A DNA stretch of 59,594 nt, the filler included, from Platydemus manokwari (lineage: Eukaryota), in the NCBI GenBank assembly GCA_037951405.1. It is 6 parts of 6 records of this genome, joined end to end, with 100 filler letters (N's around TTAATTAATTAA, not from the genome) between each part and the next. Parts side by side here need not be neighbours in the genome. Positions count along the whole stretch, not along the records: positions 50,252 to 59,594 come from JBBMOY011261430.1; 5 more parts are not named here. One strand, written 5' to 3'. The notes beneath the pieces were generated by a model. The model searched no databases and was not told the DNA's origin. It saw only the letters and a program-made list of their open reading frames with translations. Shown in pieces: positions 51,332 through 59,594 of this stretch (the first letter of the stretch is position 1; every line of letters begins with the position of its first letter). The translations under genes and the position numbers were made by a program.

Positions 51332-52304
51332 AAAATTACATATTGATATTTATATTGATTATTCTTCATATTTATCAAACCAAGCTCGGAAAATCTTCTT
51401 GAAACGGACATTTATCCTATAGTCACTAAGGGCCTTGTTGGTCCACAATCTGCTTCCCTGAATTGTATATTAAATCCATCGTTTATGTATATATAAGTAG
51501 CTTAAAAATTATAATTTTATAAAAGTATTGAATTTGTAAAATTAAATTCTAATACATATTTTGGTGTTAAAAATTAGTTTTGATATTAGCATTTGACATT
51601 CATAAATTCATTATTAAGTAGTTCGTTATCAATAATCACCTTTTAAAGTTATTCTGGTGCATTATTAAATTAATTGAGACAGATAGTGAACTCGATAACA
51701 TCGATAAAACAAATAAAAGGGGCATTGATAGGGTTTAAATAAATTAAAGAGATTTCTACTCCGTTCCTCTTATCTTCACATAAATTGAGAACGTCGAGGC
51801 GAAGCAAGGTCAATTTCAATATGTTATATAACTACCCGAGGGTCAAGACGGACTGAGAACTGATTAAGTCGTAGATCACGATCAAATCCAATAATAATCA
51901 TAAAAGAAATAAACGCAGTGACCCCAAAACATTACAATTTATACAAAAAATTAAAAATATAAAATAAATAAACACAATAAATAATATTTTTGCAATATGC
52001 AAATCTTAGCAGTCACAAACATATATTTCGTTAAAATAAATAGAACAAACGCATTATAAGTAACTATATTTCCCATAATAAATACAGTTAAATTGTCTAT
52101 AGCCACGATCATTAGATGCAGATAGTATCAGTATTTCTAATTAAATTTTTAATTGAACCATTCATAATTTAAATCTTCTATCATTATTCAGATTTTATGG
52201 ACCACTAGAAACTTTCGCGGATAGTTCATTGTCATATTATAACCGATATACCTATAATATCAAGGTGTTACCAAACTCGATTGATATATGATAAAAATTA
52301 TCAC

Positions 52305-52470
52305 TGTAAGCCGCAACTATTTTATAAAGCACGTATTGAAATCGAATTGAAAAGTCAAGACATTAAATTATACATTTAATTGTAATCATTTAAAAAAACT
52401 AATGTAATTTTATATAAAATCTGAATTAAATCGGTAAAAATTTAATTCATCTAAAATTTCTCACAATCAT
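52305..52470 (+). repeat. Dispersed repeat family C (copy 2)
   Basis: Similar to 43236-43388. Confidence 0.65.
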
Positions 52471-52684
52471 GATGCCATAAAAAATTTTCCTTAATGCGGT
52501 ATAAGAGAAAAAATAATTTTATTACGATTTATATTACTTTGATCATTATTTTTTAAAGTACCATTGTCGATTATTTATTTAAAAAGTTATAATTATAATT
52601 AAAATATTAATTTGACTACAAAAAATAATATAATTTAATGTAACTCATAAAAGTGTATCTGAAATAATTGAAGTGTTCTGGGTT

Positions 52685-53359
52685 CAGATATTTTACTTTT
52701 CGCAGAACCTTAGGATTCCCACCAATATAGTCCAGGGGTTCCGCAATTTCTAAATTTCTAAATTAGAACAACAAATAAATAAACAGCATGTTAAATTCAA
52801 TTTCAAAAATCTATTTTATAATTATTATTTCATTATTATTTGTATTAGTTTATTATTACTTATTGTTTAAATATACTGAATTTAACATAATTAAACTAGC
52901 TACATTTGAAAGATCACTTTGTCCTACCACTATTAGGTTTGCTTTTATATATATTTTTGTTGCTGTTTGAAAGGAATATCCTGTATTTCCTCAGTAGGCG
53001 CTACGGCTTCTTGTGCAATTTTCAACCACATAATTGTGTGAATTTGGATTTTCAGCTCTGACAACCATCAAATACAAGAAACAAGCTATCTGTAGAAGAT
53101 TAACTTCATGCGTGTCAGGCAAAAACACGACAGAATCTTAAAGAGTTGTGCAAGAAACACCAGGCTCAAATTTATTACTGAGTTTTTTATGAGAAAAAAA
53201 CTAGTCTATTCAAACATGTACAATACTCTAAACATAAATACTTTTATTTCATTTTTAAAAAGAAATGCTCTTTTCTGCATAAAACAATTAAATTATTGCT
53301 CAGTGGTTTCTCGAGCCAGAGGAATGGTTCATCTCCAGTAATAAGGCTGAAAACCACTG
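52685..53359 (+). mobile_element. Longer derivative of the same Buster-type hAT element, retaining a transposase 3' relic; left end approximate
   Basis: About 52735-52906 and 53292-53359 match the 18893-19186 MITE. Right TIR GGCTGAAAACCACTG. 52974-53181 reads EYPVFPQ*ALRLLVQFSTT*LCEFGFSALTTIKYKK..KELCKKHQAQ, the hAT C-terminal dimerisation domain. Confidence 0.88.
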
Positions 53360-55556
53360 TTCTTAACAAATCAAGATCAAATCATAAATTTAATCATAAA
53401 AAAATAAAAAGCTAATAAAATATTATATTTTAATTTTAAAAATTACAGGGAATATGAATATTTTTCATTCAAAGACTTGTAATTTAGTTGATAAATATTT
53501 TGACGATTAATTGATCTTGAACAAGAATCATTCTTGAACTACCATGCATGAAAATTGTTCACTCCGATTTGCAGAACAAATTTAGCCTAAGTTCAATGAT
53601 GATAATTCAAATCAAATAAGCATTGGAGAATGAATAACACAATCGCCTTAATTTTTATATTTTATTCGAAAATCAATAGACGAATCTATAATTTTACAGT
53701 ATATAATCATCGGTATATTGTAAAAGTTTCTAGGGAAATTTCTTTGGAATACATTGCAAAATCGAAACAAAAATCCAATCGATTTTCGATATTTTAACCA
53801 GTTGTTTTTCATAGAGAACATTATGAAATTTTGATATTCATAAAATATTAATGAAAAAGTGGTTAGAGCATCAAAAAGTTTCAAGAGCACCGTCACGAAC
53901 TCAGGGTTTAATGAAATAATTTGAGAAATTTTGAATTAAATTTTTAGCTGTCTTTAGTTAACGAAACAATTGAATCTACTAAAACTTCTGGAAGATTTTT
54001 CACAAATAGAGAATCAAACACTGAAATTATTCAGGTTGTATTAATAGTGAATTGCTTCACTACAAGGTTGAAACAAAACATCAATACACTTGGGCGAAAT
54101 TCACTAGTCGAGGTATTCATTTCTAATCTCTCTCTCGGCAGGTAGCTTCTTAGTACTGAACTTTCGGAGAAATTAATTTACTATCAAGAGAAGTACAGTG
54201 GAAATTCTGTTTCATAATCACTTTAACCAAGAAAATCCATCAATGGGTAGAAATAAAGAAAAATCATATTAGAATTTTAGAAACAAGTAATATTTTTAAA
54301 GCTCATTTCATTAAATCCAGATAACTGCATTATTCCATATCTAATAAATGAAAGCTATTACTTTCTTAGTTGTGTTGAAAATCTTCCAATAACAAATTTT
54401 TCTACCCAATTTATTATTTGATTTTAAAAATACGAATCAAATATGGAAAAGAAAATCAATTGGTTATTCTAAATGAGGGAAAATAATATTTTTTCTCCTA
54501 AAAAGACCAAAAAAATATCTGAAAATTCTTTCAGTTCTCATACAAGTTGACATTTATTTTTCTTTCCCGTTGAACGATTTTTGGGGTAATAAATTATGAT
54601 AATCTAACTTCAAATCTTTGATTTAACAAAAACAATAAAAAAGTGAAATCGATTGGAAATAAATGACGACATAAAACCCATTTGAAATCCTTTTCAGAGC
54701 GTCTTACGTTTCAGAAAACATCTTTTAATAATTAATATCAAATTTCTGCATGCAAGCCGAGCAGAAATTCAATTTCCACCAGGGAAAACTGTATCTGTGA
54801 AAGAAATGAACTATACATATTGGTTGATTGTCTATAAAAGTCTCTTATATTTTATTAATTCTAATAGTTATAACAATTTCGTTTCAAAGTGATAGACGTA
54901 TTCCATTATTTGGCGTCCATTACGAATTATTTGATGTGTTAGTCTGAATTTGTGCTTCTGTAAAGATGCGTATGAATTGTGAATGTTATTTCATAAATAA
55001 AGTTGATCCATGAAGTGAAAAGTAACATGGTGGATTAAATATTATAATACTTATCCAAAAATCAATAAATCCAAATTCGTGTCGGTATCAATTAAATCAA
55101 AAATCCACTCTAACGTTTAAAATAAATACGACATTTAAAAGATAATAAAATATTAAAAATAACTCCACAAAGATGTCGTTATTAACATAAGAGTTTTTCT
55201 TGTAACTCAGTAGTGTTTTGCTTGTATCTTATCTTTCTTGTATCTAATCTTTCTGAATTACAACGATGTGTTTTGTTCAAATGTTAAAGAAAAAAATATC
55301 ATTGTTTTTTGGTTGTCTTTAAACAAATTTTATCATTTTTCGTTTACTTTTCTTATTAAATTCAGACAGTATCACAAATTTCCTTGGAGCATAAGACTCA
55401 AAATCAACCGAGTTGAATTATATCATGTTTACATTATATATATAATAACTATAGATTTTATCTGAACTGTATTCTATATTCTTAAAATAATCCAGTATGA
55501 CTAATCATTTTTCAAATAAAATTAAAAAATTGAAAATAAGAATTATTGGCTTACGT

Positions 55557-56132
55557 TGACCTACTTTCTTAATAATGAATTTTCGCGTATAAGATAATTT
55601 TATAACTTATTTTTTTATAAATAATTTCGTTGTTCGATTTATTCCTATATTTCAGTGATATCTCACTTTTTAAGATATCAAATATGAACAAAGCATAGAT
55701 TTTAAACCAAGTTCCTATTTTAATCACAACACTTCTGTACGATTACTTGATTTTTTTAATTTACAATTTTTAAATAATAAATCGAGTTAATTAACTACAA
55801 ACATGTTTTATAATATCATTGGTTATTTTTATAAAATAATTGTAAAAATTTAAAGTATCTCTCAATTTGATTCTAATGTTAAAAAACAGGTTCTCGCTAA
55901 TTTTCAATAAATTGCAATTCGACCTACTTTGATACTTTTTTCAGATAAACAAGTTTTAGGAAATTTTGGAGCTCTAGTTTATTTCGATTTCAATCAATCA
56001 AAATTCTTCTTAAGTACCAAAACAAAAAAAATTCAAAATGATTTTAAAGAATTTAATTAAATAAACTATATAGATATTTACAATACACTCAACAAATTAA
56101 AAATTTTATTTTAGGATCCCTTCTCTTAACTT
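55557..56132 (+). repeat. Repeat family A (copy 3)
   Basis: Colinear with 5547-6111. Confidence 0.85.
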
Positions 56133-57809
56133 AGGCAGAATTACTTTTTATCATTCGACTGTTTTGACTAAATAATAAATAATTTAATCAACCATTTCTT
56201 GAATAATTCCAATACAGGTATAACCTGAGTCAACTTAGTATTAAAGTTCATGACACGATATATTATCAATATAGTATTAATAAATTTTAAATCCTGAATA
56301 ATAATTCGGCGAAATCGAATACTTATTATAAACATAACGATAATTATAAAAAATTACTAAATATTATTTATATATTTAAACAATCGTTTTTAATATATAA
56401 ATCCATTTTTACTTAATTTTAATTGTTTTTTTCAAAAAAAATCATTTTGAGAAATTATTTCGAACAAATAATTATTAAATTATATTTCATTTCATTTCAA
56501 CGTCATTAGATTCTTATGTTATAAAAGAACATGGTTTAATTTCAAATCCAAATAAAAAGCGTACTCGTATGGAGTGTTTCTTTTAATACCAATTTTTGAA
56601 AGGCTCATTTAAAAAATGTAACATATTATTTTCTATGAAATTTTTAGAAGTGCTTAAAGAAAAGGTAGTCAAGAAATTATGATTTGTATTTATTCAAAAT
56701 GGTTTATTTTTTGAAAATTAGTCTTCAGGGATGATATTCACTTGTATTATATAAGTATCGGATAGAATTTATAAACATATGAAAGATATTTTTTTAATTA
56801 ATTTTAGACTAAGCTGTAATCAAAAAAGAAACTGAAAAATATTTTGTTGATCACTTGAAATTAACAAAGACCTCGAAATCTAAATTTTTAACAAAGACAA
56901 CTTGAAATGGCACCAAAACGTGTATTTTTAATATAAAATATATCTTTGATTATTCTTAAATTACAAAATATTCTTTTAAACCTAATAAACAATTTGTGAT
57001 TGAAATGATAAGTAACAAAATTTTGAATGTAACACCCGGTTTGTCAGTGGAATTTTAGACTTTCAATAAATAAATTTATATTCAAATTCTTGAAGGTGCA
57101 TTTAAAGATATGAGTATATGTTAATTATTTATATCATATATTATCAAATCCATACCAAATAATTGGTTCTCATTACATTTTGGACTAATAATTTTGTATT
57201 TCTGTAATGTGGTAGTGAGTTTGAATATACGAATTTTAATGCATTGTTGAGATTTGTGATTTCAAATAGCGCATAAAAATCACAAAGATAAATATCGTTT
57301 TAACAGAACTAAGTGCATTTTATTATCTAAATACACTTTGATATAATATTTCCAGTGAAGTATTAGTGTGTTGTGTGAATCAGGATGGGTTGGATGGTCA
57401 TCGAGATCTAAGGGTATCTGAAGTCGTCATATGCCAATACATCGAAGTAGCGATTGGAAATGGACTTCGAATAGAAGTAGTAAGTACTAAATCTGATATA
57501 ATAGTGGAAACAGCTAATCAATGTTGGTAAACTGGATTAAATGCATGTGAAGTTATCATATATCATTATTTTAATACTTATAAAATACACAGCAACCACG
57601 GGTTACGATTCTGGAAACGTTTAAGAACTGTTTACAATCTTATTGAATATATAATAAATTGTAAAGATTCACAGCATTTAAATACACAAATATACTGTTG
57701 AGTCCTTCACAATTAATTAAATGCTGACTCCAAAATAGAAGGCTAACATATTTTCTTGTGTACTAATCGGTACACTTACACAAACTGTATTGCATAAAAT
57801 ATCAACCAA

Positions 57810-58082
57810 AATTTGGCTTCAAATTGGCAGTTGGCCATCTTTACATCGATTTTTATATTCGCGATCTGTTTGTATTTTTTGTGTTATGTTGTATCATATT
57901 TTGATTCGATATTTCCTTTTCCATGTTCTTATTGAGTTTTAAGTTTTTGCTGTATACGTTGTTGTGTAACTATGCGCACTTTTCCAATTGTTGACTGGTT
58001 GCTATGCCTGTATGATTGTGTCGGTTAGCAAATGTTTAAAGCGCTTAAACAAGGGTTTCAAGGTTGCAATTCCGTTTTTCTT
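57810..58082 (-). repeat. Repeat family B (copy 2, inverted)
   Basis: Reverse-complement match to 11355-11663. Confidence 0.8.
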
Positions 58083-59594
58083 CAACAATACATTATATTT
58101 CATTTAATTAAATGATAATATATTCTACACAAATTTTAAATGATGGGTAGAATAAATAAAAAAGAGAGGAAAAGATTCAATGAAAAGCTTTCAAAGTACT
58201 TTTTTACAAACCATAGTGCTTAAAATAGTATTATCAGTTGCTAGTTGATTTCCAACTTACGTTTTAGTGGCTCTTGATATAATCGTGTTGGAGAAAATGA
58301 AATAAATCATTTATGATTTATTCATCTATTTTGAGACTTTCCGTGAATTTTAATGCTGAACTCCGATAACTTATAAAATAATCGTTATTTTACTTGTTAA
58401 TAATAAATTGAATTAAGGGGTTTGTCAGGATTTGTAATGAATTTAAATTTTATAAAATATTTATAATTTTGAATAATTGTAATAAAAATATTAATGAGTA
58501 TCGTGACTCTTCAGTTTGTTTCCAATGCGTGCTTTATGAAACAGTGACCACGCATTTGGATTCGATTTTGAGAATGTCTATGGTGTGGAAATATAAAAGT
58601 GAAGGATGAATATATAGAAAAGATGTAAGGAAAATATGACAAAATTGTTTAGAGGTGTGGAGATGAGTGCTTAAAATAGTAGCAGTTTACAGCGTTATAA
58701 AAATGTGCGTGAGAGCAAGAATTGATCCGATAATTTGGGGATGGTTCAATGACAGTGGTCTCCAGTATTGATAATAATTACTACGAGAAAACATACTTTT
58801 TATTTTCAACTTTGTTACCCAACTCGAAATATTAAGCCAATATCTAATTACAATTTTATCTCTGACTGTATTTATCAGTAGTAATGTCGAGAAAATTATT
58901 TTCTAAATTAAGTCACAAATTTGATTTAATTGTAGTTGAAAATTAAATAAAATAGTGAAGTGATTTAATGGGATATAAATTTCTTGAATTATTTTTTCCA
59001 ATTCAGGATAAAAGTGAAAATTACACAGGAAATCGATCAGATTTGTTTATTTCGTTTATTTATGAAATTATGTTTTCTAAATTAAAAAGTAAAAACTCTA
59101 TTTGTGAGAAATTGACAATTATATCTTGATTATAAAAATATCTTAAAATTTGTTTTGGCAACAGAAATCAAATGTGAGAATTAATTGCATATCGATATGA
59201 AATATATCCAAACAGATTCCATTAATGATTTTTAACTAACATAATTAATTTTCTTTTGGAATATCTGAATGAATTTATGAGATATTAATTGCTAGATTGG
59301 TGCCATAATTGGAGATGATAAAATAATTCATTTATGAGATGGAATTTGATAGATATTGGAGATGGATTTTTGAATTTATTAAATGATTCCATCATGACTA
59401 AGACCAATGATCCTACGAGTGTGTGTGTGTGTGTTTATATTTAAAAGATGATGTTTATATTTGAGCCCTTGATTATGAAAGTGGTATAAGTCATTTCAAC
59501 CTTTCAAAACCAAATTACCATTTAAAAATGGTAATAAATTTCACAATCATATTAAATGCTGATTTACCGGCGCTAATTAATTGTCAAAATATTT

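Overview
This is strongly AT-rich animal genomic DNA. It is not one locus: six contigs (1-11866, 11967-20860, 20961-29584, 29685-41140, 41241-50151, 50252-59594) are joined by identical artificial 100-bp spacers (N44-TTAATTAATTAA-N44). Genes have GT-AG introns, many only 36-60 bp. Hand-splicing recovers complete models for a divergent 10-exon MAD1-like gene (597 aa), a 4-exon selenoprotein T with an in-frame UGA and a GUGA-type SECIS, an intronless U2AF1, a 3-exon signal peptide/unknown domain/4xEGF/TSP1/TM protein (500 aa) and an intronless 407-aa orphan. Partial genes are a SIFamide/NPFF-type GPCR, a PRDM8-like zinc-finger protein and an anoctamin. The rest holds two decayed copies of one Ty3/Gypsy family, two derivatives of one Buster-type hAT element, several dispersed repeats and satellites. 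The gene set, intron sizes and (AAT)n content suggest a bilaterian invertebrate, plausibly a free-living flatworm (inference, not proven). The most striking item is the MAD1-like gene, which keeps the C-terminal RWD domain but appears to lack the MAD2-interaction motif and the RLK motif. This matters because planarians were reported to have lost MAD1 and MAD2.
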